The translations under genes were made by a program, and so were the position numbers. From the NCBI RefSeq assembly GCF_002571385.2, contig NW_019217829.1, positions 787,232 to 849,002 on the forward strand: 61,771 bases of DNA, given 5' to 3'. The DNA is from Stylophora pistillata. Its lineage: Eukaryota. The stretch's first letter is position 1; each line of letters starts with the position of its first letter. Below the pieces are notes generated by a model. It was given only the letters and a program-made list of their open reading frames with translations. It made no database searches and was not told where the DNA came from. Positions 25,850 to 39,332 of the stretch are shown one piece after another.

Positions 25850-27300
25850 TTTCTTGCTTCCAAAGACTTGCTAGGAATGTGCTATTATCTCCTAGGGAAC
25901 GTCACTCAAAACAACGCTAGAGAAATGACGCTTTGAAGTATTCAAGTGCCAAACAATATTGTCGTTTCAGCATGATTCAGAAACTTTCATGTCCTGTTTG
26001 TAAATTATTTGTCAGCGGTTTGATCTGCTCATAAGGGGGTGGAATACCAACGATTACCTGTAACAAAAATGAAACGCTTTGAAATCTAATATGATCTCGA
26101 GAATTTCAATATTCGCGCATGCGAGCACCTGGTTGTACCTTATAAACAATGCATCACACTTGGCGTCGAGCAGACGTGTTCAGAAATGATTATGTCTCAG
26201 ATTGAGCGACGTTTTTCCGGTGCAAGTAATTAACAAATTGGTTGTCCACTTAGATATAGCCTTGCCACAAATTCTCATTGTCTTATTGTTCGTTGCATTC
26301 ATCTGCAGCACGCATTCTGCCTATTGGTAATCTCTGTCGCTATGAAAGGGACTCAAAACAAGAAACCATTAATATTTAACCATTGAGATGAATAGCGAGA
26401 AGGCGAGGGGCCGATCTGCCCATTTTGGGTCATAATTTGGAACCGTTTCCCACATGACGTGACATCGATTTGGTGTCAAACTTATTTCCCTCCGTCTGAT
26501 CGAAGTAATGGCAGGAAATTTATCACATGCACAATTATTTACTGCCCCAGAATAACTTTGTTTCCAATTACGAACGTCAGTTTTTGTATCATCTCACAGT
26601 AACGTTCATTGATGACGGCTAGCCACAATCTAATCTGTTTATTGTAGCTAATCCCGGGAAGTTTGGTAATTGAAACAAACTGCTGGCCAATAAAGGTTGA
26701 TATCATTACTATCCAGATGTACCTTTGTGTCATATTTTGGCCTGCAGTGACGAAGGAGAACGAGAATCTATATAGGATTCATACGGAAAATACACTTTTG
26801 GCTTGCTTTTACATTATTACAGCCAAGACTCTACTCGAAGGTCAGTTGAATGCTTGGGTGATCTAGCCATATAACTTTGAAATTTATATCTCTTTGATGA
26901 CGAAGGGTGGTTTTTCCTCCTGCAAGTATTTTGTTGAAGTAATGCATGTCTGTCGATTGGTCAGCACAAAAGAACTACAATGCGGGAGTGGATGTATTTT
27001 TTCCTGTTTTATCAATGAATTCACGGTGGAATTTCCGTAATTCAACCTCACATTCGTATGGAATATCTTCCTGAAGGCTTCGATTGCTCCGTGAACAATC
27101 TAATATTCGTGACAGTGGTGCAAAAGTGTTGAAGGCTCCAAATTAAGAGAGTGATCACTGATGCCATGACAAACTCAAACGCTACAAGTTGAGAACAACG
27201 TCATCCAGGAGCATTTCTGTGGAATAGTCTTGGGTCAATAGCTCGGGGTCGACTTGCTTCAATAGGCTTCAAAGAAGACAGAGGGCTACTCAAGAACTTG
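25850..27300 (-). pseudogene. Possible very old LINE reverse-transcriptase remnant
   Basis: Colinear decayed motifs on the minus strand: SLKPIEASRPRAIDPRLF (cf. KASGPDGIP), KLPGIS..IRLWL, LQMNATNNK (cf. LNxxKCK), IEILEIILD (cf. KILG). Confidence 0.3.
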
Positions 27301-30300
27301 GTCTGAGAAGGCACAGTTCGAATGTGTAACCAAACACCTTGGGCATGTTCGCCTTTTAACTCAAACTCTCAATTCTGAAATTGCTGATAAACACTTATCT
27401 GACAGATGATGCGATAATTCTCGCTAATGAGTCTTCACTTGTAAGGTCCATTAGAGAGTTATTCTTTTCCCAGAGCGTTTCTCGTGACCGACGCAGTTTT
27501 CAGCATCGTCATTCGAAGGTATGGCCACCTAAATAAGTAACTTGTCACAGTTTTCACAAATTTAAAGAGAAAAATCGCTCATAACTTCACTTGCATTCTT
27601 TCCACAACGGTCTTTTCCCAGTAACTACAGCCTACGAAACTGATACTATCTCGTGATGTTTGCTTTGGTTATTACAGTTTATCCCTCGATCTCTCTCTTC
27701 GGACACGATGATGAAAGCAAACAAGGGGTGTTCACCTCACCTTATCAAACAAATCCCTGAAATGTTTGCATGTTTTTATGCTAATCCCAAGTCCGGGATT
27801 TCGTGGCAGTTCTCAAGAATTTCATGTTGAGCGGAAACGATGTCTACTGCGATTTTGACAGGTTGAGAAGTGTAATAGGTATTTGTACACAGTTGGTGAG
27901 AGAAACGATTTGTTAAGCATCCGTGAAACAAACATAAGTGTAATTTTGCTCGATTGAAAAAATTTTGAGTCAGCATCCTCTCAGACAACGATCCAAATTT
28001 CACGAAAATTGCAAATCTTTCTTTCTTTGCAAAAGACGTTCATAAGGGCCTCTCAGTTTTGGAATGATTCGTTTCAACCAGCTTTAATCGGAGAGGGAAA
28101 TATAGCAAGCTTAATAAATTCCTTGCGGTTTGGGAGCGAAGTATTTCACCCACGCCAAAGTGAGGTACTTTGTGCATTGAGTCGAATTAAACTGAAATGC
28201 TCATTTAATTGGTCTTGAATGTTTGTTAAAGCGCCATCAAAACATAACTTTACCAATAAGTTGAAGTTAAATTTTTTTCGCTGAAATTTTCCGATGGCTT
28301 AAAATCTTGATAGATGAACTCTTTTGAAAGAGTGAAATAGTTGTAAAAATACATTTGTAAAATAGGGGGTTTGGTAATTTTTTAAGCCTTAAACCTGACT
28401 CAGTCAAGGCGCTTCATTGGCTTTTTGCCTACGTTCAACTGGGTCGGCGCTAGAAACTTAACTCGTACTGACTGACAACTGAGTCCAAGAAGAATTGCAA
28501 TGCTACGGCGTTTCTGCAGCAGCGATGACTTCTGTCATTTAAAACAAAAAGAATGAAATCTTTTGCAAGTGACAGACAAAAATCCGATCAAGAATAGCTA
28601 AACTCTGAGGAATCCGGTTGATAAGCAACTACCCGTCTCATTTTACGGTCAGTTCAAATGGCTCGTACAGTTGAGATAAGTTAACTTGCCATGCTTGTGG
28701 TCAGCTAACAGCAAGGGTATCCCACATTTACTACGTTTTTCGCCGGCCTGATACTCGAACAAAAAATGCTAAAAAATTTCACCTCAAGTGTTGTTTTACA
28801 TTTTGCGTAAAGATCTAGAGGTCTATGTATTGTTCTCTCGAGCCCGAAGATTCTGCATTTAATTTGCGGTCGGCTGAAACTCAATTTTTTTTGTTTATTT
28901 CCAGTCAACTGCAGCGGATACCACTTAAATCACTCCAACTTTTTTTTCACGAATGATGACTGTATTTTAAAGGAATTCTGTTTGTTATTGAATATCGTTC
29001 TCCTCTTGTGAGCATTTTTATAGGATACTTTCGAACCACTTATTCTCACTGATAAATTATCATCGTGATGATGTCATCAGAATGATGTCATCATGACTCA
29101 CTCGTCCTCAGGCCTTGTCAAAATAATGAAGTTTTTGACGGCTGGCTAAGGAAGCGTGGCGGAGAATTTTTCAAATTTATAAAGACATATTTCTACCTAA
29201 ATTTCCCTGAATACTTAGCAGTCAGATGGAGAAAATTTTGTTTCATTCGCCCCTATGAAAACAAAAGCAAACTTTTCAATGGAAGACAGTACGGGGCCAA
29301 TATAAGAGGGGTAGGCAAAGCCTAAAGCGCGGGAAACACAGGAAAACACACGAGCTGCCTTAGTCATCTGACTGGTTGAGAGGGAGTCGCGGTTTTTCTA
29401 AGTCAATCACAGAGTGGATTAAAGCAAAGCCAATGCTCTCCCGGATGTTCTCTGTCATTCAATTTAAAGGTATTGAACACACGAGGAAAGAAGAAGATGA
29501 GAGCAGCGCTTGTTCCTCGTTAATGCAAACTCCACGTATGAAATGTGTAGAAATAGTTGCTTCTGATTTTCTGAAGGATAGAAGGAAACCATGAACTTTT
29601 TTTCGTCTTTTTTTAATCACTTTGTTCAAGCGAAGATTCGCGGAGCAAAAATATTTTTCTCTGTAAAGCGTGAAGTAATTTCAACAAAAAGTTGAAAATT
29701 GCCCTTTTTTGTTAAGGCTTTCGGAAATCAACTTTTATGATCATTAACTTTGTCACCATACACTCGCATCCATCTTTCATCGTTTTACATCCCTCTAGAG
29801 GCTATGCAGTAACGTCTGATTAGACCACAACCAAATCACTCCCTGTAACCAATTAAAACGAATTAAAGACGGCAAGGGGCCAGGCAAAAACTGAGTAAAA
29901 ACGTGCAAAGTTCTTCAAGCCCGGGGAAGTGCGCGTGACCAAGTCTCGGTTCCTTCTACCATAAGTTGGCAACACATCAGGTGATTTTAAACGCCTATGA
30001 CGAAAAACTTGATCGACGTCAACGATATTCACAATCGAATTTCGCCTTTGATAGATTCGGCCACGCGGCCCTTCCACTTTGTTCTAAGGCTCCATTTTGA
30101 AATTTGTGTGATCGAAATTGTATCACCTCACGTTTTTCCGCAGTATTACCACTGACTTGAATACATCCAATACTACTAAGAAAAAAAAAATGGTTAACCG
30201 ATCTTCTGGCGACATGAAATGCCAAATATAATTACAGGCACACTGCAAAATTGTCATATGATTCAAGAAGGGTTTCGAATACGATCTCATTGACATCTCA

Positions 30301-33165
30301 CGTGCGAAAAAGCTTATTCATTCCTCACGTTTCGAAGAAGAACTATTACTTGAATGCATCCAATACTAGCTACAAATAAGGCTTTTTTTTAATCCACCAA
30401 CCACCCAACCAAACATTTTCCTTCAAGTCTGACCTGTCAGAAATTTTTGACGCAAATTTTCGCCTCACTAAAAAAAAGTCATTTCTTACTGATTGTTACG
30501 AAATGTAACAAAGACGCTGCAAGTTCAAATTTTATCGTCGCCAGCATCCCTCCTGGGTTTTTTAAACGCTCTAACGTCCCTCACGTTTGTGTGGGGTATT
30601 ATTACTTAAATGCATCCAATATCCCTAAGGGTTTATTTTATGCTCCTAATTGAGATGTTTTCGCATTTCCATTCAATATTCAAAATATTGAATCTTTTCC
30701 ACTTGCCCCCACTAGGCATGAAAATATATCATGATAACAATCCCTTGGGCTGTAATGTTGTTTAATGTATTTTATATCGCCCATTAATTCCAAATGTTTT
30801 CATTTCTTTTGGGCCAATAAAGAAAATGAAGCATCCAAACCTAAGGCCCTCGCAGGTACTTGTTTAGCGGTCTTTTCGTGACACGAACTAACTTGATGCG
30901 AGTTGAACTCAGTAGAGTTATAATCAAGCTTGGTTCGGGCTGTTTTTCTGAATCGTTTTTTTTTTTTTTAGTTGATAAAGATTCTTTTTCTTTAAGCTGC
31001 AAACATAATTTTTTTTTTCACCCTTAATTAAAAGTTATACCGGACTTGCGATACATGTATTTCGGTGAATTCACTCCACTCACCAGTCTTATCTCAGTTG
31101 TCAGTTAAGTGAAAATTCTTACTACTCCAGATTAAAACCGCAATTGTTTATAAAATTCGAGTTTCTGACCACAAATCTATTTTCGTCTCAAAAGTCCTTG
31201 AGATTGCTACTTATTTCCTCTCAGATTTGTTACATTTTTATACAATATCTCCTAACGGCAGTGTTAGTAGGATTAGCTTTCTTCGAACTTGACTCGAGCC
31301 ACACCTTCACGAAACATGTTCCTTGCTGAAAGAGAAGCTTTCGACCACACGGTGTTTCAAAATTAAAGAAAACAATGATTATAAAATCTCGAGAGCAAAC
31401 GAATTCGCACTTAAAAAGGACTTGGAGGATCCTTCTTTCCGTGATTTTTAGTTTAGCTGCAGTGATTTTGGATGCGGAGGAGTGACAGCCGTGATCAAAT
31501 TCATGACATTTTCCATCAACTTAGACTAAATCCAAATTCTTTCAAATAATGCGCTTGCTAGCAAACGTGGGAAAAGCATGCAGTAATATTGGGTCGCAGT
31601 CACATTCGGTCAAATGGTTCGAGTGACTGTAGACTGTTGAGAGAATCTCATTGGTAGCTGGCGTTTATAGCTTTCAGTTAGATTCCCTGACACAATGCTT
31701 GTCAAAGTGCCTAGTGACAGGGCGCTTGATATCGACGTTGACATTGTAAACTGCAATTGCTGGACATTCTATTTGGGGGGTTAATCGGCATTGAAATAAA
31801 GCGCTTTAGTGAAAGCCGTGTTTCGCACTCGGTATGAAGTCTGGTCAGTACATCTTTGCAGATACGCAGACAGTACATCTCTTCAGCGAGTCTCTGACAG
31901 TAGCAGCAGTTTCTATCAAATACATAATTCAGTACAGAGGTGAGTTTCAGTTGCAACATAAAGTTTTCTTCACGGTTTTCGTCCTTTAAATTCATCTCAG
32001 TCCATATATTTCAACTGGCAGTTGCGTAATTTCGCCACCTGCAGTTTATTGGTGAAAATCTGAATCGTAATTTTAATTGTGGACCACTAAAAAGCATTTA
32101 CTTTAAAACTGTTTCTTGATTTGAACAACCTTTCCTCTAACTTGTACAAAATTGTAGAGTATGTAAACTAGATAACAATAGATGTGTTTTGGCCTGACCG
32201 CCTATCCAGCCGATATGTTTCCTAAGTAGGAAAAATGACGACATTAAGATGTTAAAGATACAGTTTTCCCTTATTTACTCTTAGCCCCATCAACTACAAA
32301 CAATCTTTGCGTTGAACTGATTTTTCCTATCTTTGAAAAAAACATACGGGCAAAAATTTTCCAACTCTGCCCCCACACGAAGCTTCCTAGGATAAATGCA
32401 ATTAGTTTATTTCTTCAGGAGTAAGTTGAATCATGGAGTGATAGAGCTGAAAGAATAATTCTTTAGTTATGTGCTTTCACCTGGAACTAAAACGTTAAGT
32501 GGCCGGACAAACGTAGCTCATGCGTTGCGCAGAGAATACATCCAGTGCTCTTCAACGTGTTTGATTCTCTGACTTGCCGTCAAGAAAAAAAGGAAACAAA
32601 CGTGTGACCAATGGGCAAATTTAATTTCAAATTGTCAGCCAATGTGAAGAGTAAAATAAACTTCATTAAACTGATACAATGGCAAAAGTGGGCGCGTAGG
32701 GAAAAAAAATGCCCCTGCCAAAGAAGAGGAAATATCGAATGATATCAGCTCGAGAGGTGGCACGTTTTCTCTTGAAAGGGCTCATAAAATCAACACGATT
32801 TCGACCAATGAATGAAGCGGATCAATTTTTATCTGATCTGTATTTCAAGCTTTCTCCGTCTTTGTGGATAACGATCGTTTCGTGCATTCATGTAAAAGAG
32901 AGCCAAAAGCTGTAAACATTCGTAACGTTATTTGCCGAACATTGACAGTACGCTCCAACTGGTGACTCTATTTTAGTTGAAAACATTGACAAATGTAATT
33001 ACTTCTGGATTTGCATTGCTTACTCTAACATCTTTAGCGACCCGTGGAATAAAAAAAAAATCAATGAAACTTTCACTGCTTCGCGTTATTACTGCAAGAT
33101 TTTGATCACTAACAAATCGGAAAACCGAAAAAAACTACCTGTGCAAAACTCATTTAGAACTGAAA

Positions 33166-33270
33166 CTCGCTCTGACGAAGGGCTAACGCTCGAAACGTAA
33201 GCTTTAGAAGCTCATTAGTAAGGCTAATTTACATTAACAACTCATGCAGTTGATGAAACCAAATTATCTC
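33166..33270 (+). ncRNA. Minimal type I hammerhead ribozyme motif at the head of a short Penelope-LTR-like repeat
   Basis: GCU (33169-71), CUGACGA (33172-78), extra A, stem II GGGC/UAAC/GCUC, GAAA (33192-95), C, GUA cleavage triplet (33197-99), then AGC (33200-02) pairing with GCU. Related copies at ~46325 and ~54191. Confidence 0.7.
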
Positions 33271-36200
33271 ATTTTAGAAAACCCCTGGAAGACATTTTCT
33301 TATGCGGCCATGGTCTACCAATTAAGACTTATTTATTTTCCTCTGACGTGCTGAAACATGACCTTCGATCATCACGTGTGTTGGGGAACTGATTTTGTCA
33401 AAGAGGGGTCAAGATCATGGAGAACTATTAGTATTATTTTGAAAGAGATATAAGCAGTGAATTGCATAACATCTCTTGATGTACGTTGGCATAAATTATA
33501 CCTTCAGGTTATATTGTAACACGGTGCTGTTATCGATATTCAAGCCTCGTAGTTCGGCAAGTTTACGAGAGGAAACATAAATGTTGCATCCACAAGTTTT
33601 GTATAATTAGAGGTTTTCGCTTTCTGAAAGTAAGATGTGGAATTTATTGCGGGTTTCCCCTGTTGTTTTGAAAGTATATTGTCTTTCATTCTTTTGTTTA
33701 TGCTGTATTTTTTTTTTCACTTTAACTATGCAAAGGCATTGTGTATTGCCATTTCTTTTCTCCTTGGTGTTGAATCAGGCTCGTTTCGAGAGAGGCCTGT
33801 GATTAGTTCACGAGTAATTCCCAGAGGATAAGACCTTCGTGGGGGCTTGTGCAGACCTACGGCTAAACAATGTGTAATTATAAGCTAATTCCTGTATTAA
33901 ATGTGAAAAACAAAGGGACGGGTTCTGTGAAGATCTTTGGCAGATACCTTGAGTTTCTGGGAACCTCTCTCACCTTTCTTTCCAAAGATGTTTCTTTACC
34001 TAGATACTCTAGCTGCTACTAATACAGCTGGCGAACCCTTGCCTAAGTAATTCTATGCTTTTTATTCATTCAATTTTGGTGTTCCCTTGAGAAATTACCG
34101 TGTCTGATTCCTTGGTAGTGCGATCAAAACGCTACTCATTACTTTGAAGAGGTAAAAGTCTTTCAGTTCATAGATCTTTATAGTGAAGTTGTTAAGAACT
34201 ATCGGTTTCAAATTTTGCTAACGTGTTCAGATTTGCTAAAAGACCAATCACCGTTGTTGTTAAAAAATAGTTTTCACAAGAACTCTCGAGCCTGAAACAG
34301 GAAATATAATAAATGCGTGTTAATGGCAAACTTTGAATGTCATGATTCCTGACCCCTCCTGACGGCAAATGACAATCCTGCAGCCTTTAATTAAACGATC
34401 CGTCTGTGTGTTGCATGTGTAAAGAATACTTTTGTACGTTGAATGCAATTGTTTGCCTAAGTTCACCTGACAGATCTTTTCGGCCCCCAGCGTGTTTGTG
34501 TTGTCGAATAATTGTAAATTAGTTGCTTTGTTCCAAATCAATCTGGAAGACAAAGTTAACTAGGCTTGGAAGTTGAGTCGCCGTGTTGTTTGGGCAGCCC
34601 AATTACCCAGTTTACGGTAAGATTAGACACCTGAATTTTCTTCAACGCTGTTCTTAGGTCACAATCTGTACGAGATTCCGATGCTGCGAGGTTATTAAAG
34701 GCAAAAGGAAGTTTCTTGATCCGGCAAGGTCATTCTTTCTCGAGCCAAGCTAAGATAGCGCAGTTGAAATAATTTCGCGTGGCTTTGACGGCATTTTACG
34801 ACAGAAATGTCATTATCACATAGTGTGTACTGAACTCAACATAATGCAAGAAACGTTTCTTGTAAGCATTTGTTTTCTGGCGTCTTTGTGTGGGTGGACT
34901 AAACTGTAGCAGCTAGGATCATGATACTGACAAGACTCCCAGCACGTACATGTGCTAAGACAACTTTTGTACGTGGGCCGCGTTTTTAAAGTTGAGCTGA
35001 AAATCCTGGCTCCCAATTCCTTGGTCTAACGCTCGCGTAATCAAAACGAGAGTGGATTCCTTGGTTATTTTGGTCTTTTCAATTTCCTTAGATGTATAAA
35101 TTAGCATTTATTTCAAGAATTTCAAGTATAGTTTTTGGAGTTGAAGTCTCATAGATGAGACAAATGTTCCTTTAGATCATTTTAGTCATGTTAGCACAAA
35201 GACTGAAGTAAGACCAGTTTACCAGTCTGCGAGGAAGACACTTCTAATCAGATCTTTTTGTCCTCGAAAACTGGCGAAAAGATAAGTCAGGTTGCAATTT
35301 TATAGAAGCTTCCTCCGCATTTTATCACCAACGCTACAGAAGCACGAAGAATTTGTAGTTTTGAGGGGGGCAGTTTCGGAAATCTTTCGGCATCAAATTC
35401 TTCAGCATGGTGCACCATTATCAATCGCATAGATCGGCTCGGCACTTTCACGTTTTTCTTCGGTGCTTTGTTGTCCGACTTCCACCGAAAATGTAAAGTA
35501 TTTGGATGTTACTAATACTCCGTAATTCTATCATCAGACTGAAGGGCAGAAATTTCGTAGCAAAGTATATAGATTACGACAATAATATGACATAGAAAGA
35601 TATTCCTTCGATTTATCTTTACTTTTATTACAGATTTTCGTAAGTATTATTCACTCTGACTGTTTGGATTTTCAAGCTTAAGGAATGATGTAGGCACCGT
35701 AGATAGATAAACACGTGTAAAGAATTCCGGCCAAAGGCCTCGCTCAAATTGTATAAACTTTGACTGGTGACCACACGTCACTTTCGAGTATATACAGGTG
35801 TACCCTCCATGCGGTTTTCAGCAATCGTTTGAGATCAGTGAAGTCTTCAGGTTAATTACCGTCATTTGAATCTATTGCCACGCCGTGCGGCCGACTAAAT
35901 GGATCAGATTTAATTTTGTTCCACTTCTGAAGGGCTCAGTTGAGGAGTATCTATGTGCACAACATTCACCGCTTGGTACTTGCAGTTTGGCTCTTGAACA
36001 GAGCCTTTTAGAGATTTGACCACCATTTATAAGCTAGATAACTTCTTGAGGACATCTTCACGGCAGTTTGTAAACGCATTTGATTCCGTGTATCGTTAAC
36101 GAACTCAATAATTGTCTCATTGTATCTGCCTGATGCTGTATTTATATCACCTCTATATTGTATCGTGAGCATAAGATTTAAGAATTTAAGAGAGAAGTAT

Positions 36201-37149
36201 ATTGCGTTAGAGCCTCTGATTGTCTTTGAACAGATATTGTTTTAAAAGCTGTCACAGGTAGTTTGTTTCATCTGTCGAACGATCCCCTCTTTGCCATTGA
36301 AACTGTCAGAAAACGACAGTAAAGTGACAACGCTGTGAAAGAAGCTTTTACTTGCAAACAAAGCTTCGTGTAAATAGCTTTCCAAAACAAGTATCTTGTC
36401 ACTATGCACTTATTAATTACTACAAAAGCTGTTAATTTTACAGTAATGATACTTGCTTCAAGGAATTAATCTTGATCTAAACGATTACGTGATAAGAGCG
36501 AAACGAAAATAAGTCTGAGTGGGTTTTAACTCAACTACGAGCTATTCTTGGTCATACCCTCAGAGTGAACGTTCCCACTCAGTTTTGGTCACCAGTTTTG
36601 TTTTCGGCGTACCGTATACAGCTTAACGCCAGTCAACAGCGAGGTCGAATTGATTATCCTCTTGAGAGGGGTTTAGAAAACGGAAATTTTTGGTTATCGT
36701 GAGAATGACAATAATTGGGTTCTCACTTCACACCTTTTTATAGCCCTAGCGGCTCTTAAGAATCCATTTAATTCAGTTTTAATAGCCTATGTAATTATTG
36801 GGTAACTTCCGTTTTGAAAAGTATAAATAGACCTCCTACAGAGCAGCTATACTTATAGCCTTTTGTTCTAGAACGGCTGCTGTTTATAAGTTCAGATAGC
36901 TGCTGTGAAGAGCGTTCAAGGGACCCGCGTTTACTAAGCTTAAGCTCCATTGAAAAACTGGCTTTAATATAGCGAGATAAAACGTTCGCCAACACGGGCG
37001 TCGAACTTCTGTTGTATTACAAGGCGTGTTATTCGTCAAGGATCTTGTCATTTCCACTTCCGAAGACAGATCGTGTCGGCACTGAATGTTTTTGATGAAT
37101 TCTTTACATTGTGGCGCACCTGGGCAGTGCGATTGTCTTTGCGTGTGTT

Positions 37150-37722
37150 GTTTATAAATTTGGTTACAACAGTTGTAGCAAGGGATCGTGCTTGGTGTTG
37201 AGTGTTGTTAAATCACTTCGCAGCTTCAACTAGTGACCCTATGATCCTCATTCCGGGGGTCAACATACGCCGTGGGGCTTTTTATGGAAAGAAAGCAAAT
37301 ATTGGAACGTGATACGGCAGTTATTTAATTTGCCTTCCTGTGATACAATATAAGTGCTTCGATTTTTACCTTAAATCGTTGTGAATTCAGAGATTAGGGA
37401 TCTGTGGGAATTTGTCTGTGGAACAACAGGGCGAGTGCGCAGAGAACCGTCTGTTGTTAAGAATATCACTTAATTAATTCAGGTAAAATCTACCCGACGA
37501 GTTTCAATCGTAACTTTATTCGATGAAATCGGACAGATTACGTGGTAAAGCTGTATATAGATAAGTTACGAGCGGATGCGGGAAGTCATAATTCTTGAGC
37601 ATCCAATGCCACTTAATCCTTGTAATCTTTGGGAAACACTTATGTAAAGACGAAATTTAGATAACGTAAAATTCAATCGCCTAAGCCATTGACTCATATA
37701 GATCGTTTCCTGTTCTCTCAAG
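37150..37722 (+). promoter_or_regulatory. Putative BMP2/4 core promoter, non-coding first exon and 5'UTR intron (37483-37722)
   Basis: TATAAA at ~37153, CAG|GTAAAA donor at 37483, and TTTCCTGTTCTCTCAAG acceptor at 37722, 22 nt before the ATG. This fits the usual BMP2/4 layout of one non-coding plus two coding exons. Confidence 0.5.
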
Positions 37723-37744
37723 GAGTTCGTGCTAGGAACGAAAG

Positions 37745-39046
37745 ATGTTGATCGCTCAGATGTGGTGTTTACTCTTTGGAGCAACGATATGCTTAGAAGT
37801 ACGATCCCTCTCTTTGGGTCATTCTGCGGACAACCAGCGTTCGGAATTATTCAAAGGAGCAGAACAAGCCATGTTGCAAAAGATGGGTTTACAATCTCGC
37901 CCCAGACTGAGAAAAGGAGAAAAAGACAAAGTACCTCAGTATATGTTCGACTTGTATCACAATCACATCAGTGATCCAGAATGGATTTCTACCAATTTTA
38001 GAAACAAGGGAAAATGGACCTTTGCCAATACCATCCGGGCATTTGATCATGATGGTGAGTGGATCATAATTTGGTACTAGAGATAGAATATTTAGGTTGG
38101 CAACCTGTCCTTTGTAAACGTGACATATCAAGGACCAATGCAGTGTTACGAGTGTTTCCCACCGGCTGTGTTCCCTATGCGAAAACAAGTGTTAACTCTG
38201 TTTATTTTTGTTTGTTCAAAAGGTGACCATCTGCCTGTTCCAGTGGCAGGATTGGCCTCAAACGGATGGAACCTCTTCTTCGACGTACGCTCCCTTCCCA
38301 GTCAAGAAACCTTGACGGCAGCAGAACTTCGTTTGACGTTTTCAGGCGCAAAGAACCACACTAACGAAACTGTTCCAGTAGTACAGCATCGTGTGGACAT
38401 TCATCAAGTCATGTTACCGCAAACAGCTGGGCATCCGGCTATAACTCGTTTAATAGACACAAAGAGAACGGCTGGTCGTGGAGTAGAAATTTTCGACATT
38501 AAATCTGCAGTTCAACATTGGGCACTTAATCCCGATGAGAATTTTGGCGTTGAGGTACGTCTTGTCAGCACTGATGAATCTCCAAATGTTCACATGAGCG
38601 CGAACAAAAGAGCGACAAAAGACACTAAACCACTTCTGGTCACGTTCAGCCACGACGGGAAACAACACGTCTATCGCCGTCGTAAACGAAGAAGTCGACG
38701 GAGTACGGGAAACCGTCTGGCGAAAGACAGCACCTACTGTCAAAGGCTGCCTCTATATGTTGACTTTGTAGAGGTTGGATGGAATGATTGGATCGTTGCA
38801 CCACCCGGATACCCAGCATTTTATTGCAATGGCGAATGTCCCTTTCCTATCGCAGACCACTTGAACACCACAAATCATGCCATTGTACAGACCCTTGTAA
38901 ACAGTGTAAACGCGGACCTTGTGCCTCGTGCCTGCTGCGTGCCTACGACACTAAATCCTATCAGTATGCTTTTCGTGAACGAGCACTCTAAGGTGGTGCT
39001 CAAAAACTACCAGGATATGGTGGTAGATGGATGTGGATGTCGGTGA
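37745..39046 (+). CDS. BMP2/4: Bone morphogenetic protein 2/4 (Dpp) preproprotein, 377 aa; exons 37745-38054 and 38223-39046
   Basis: Signal peptide; prodomain motifs [39 protein letters not shown]; polybasic furin site RRRKRRSRR. The mature seven-Cys domain reads [60 protein letters not shown]....[18 protein letters not shown]. Phase-1 GT-AG intron. Confidence 0.97.
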
Positions 39047-39332
39047 AGGAAGGGACGAGGAAGTAACAAATGCCCAGAACCCCTGAAGCTAAACTGATGT
39101 TAGATTGCTTCGGTAGTAAGACACAACTGAGGCGAATTTCTTAGCAAATGGTCAAGATCAACCATACGATCCTGTCCAGTTCTGCCATCAGCCGTGGCTT
39201 CTTCACCGAGGAAACCACAACGTAGAACAGATCTCAAATTTAAAAACTGCACGTGCATTGCCGAGATGGATAAATATAAATACAGAAACATGTGTACATA
39301 ACGACTGTCGACGATAAATGATACGTCGACGA

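Noticed and set aside
38120-38222. N-terminal part of the 308-aa ORF as BMP coding sequence
   Set aside because: Intronic; the real exon starts at the acceptor at 38223 and joins the upstream signal-peptide exon.
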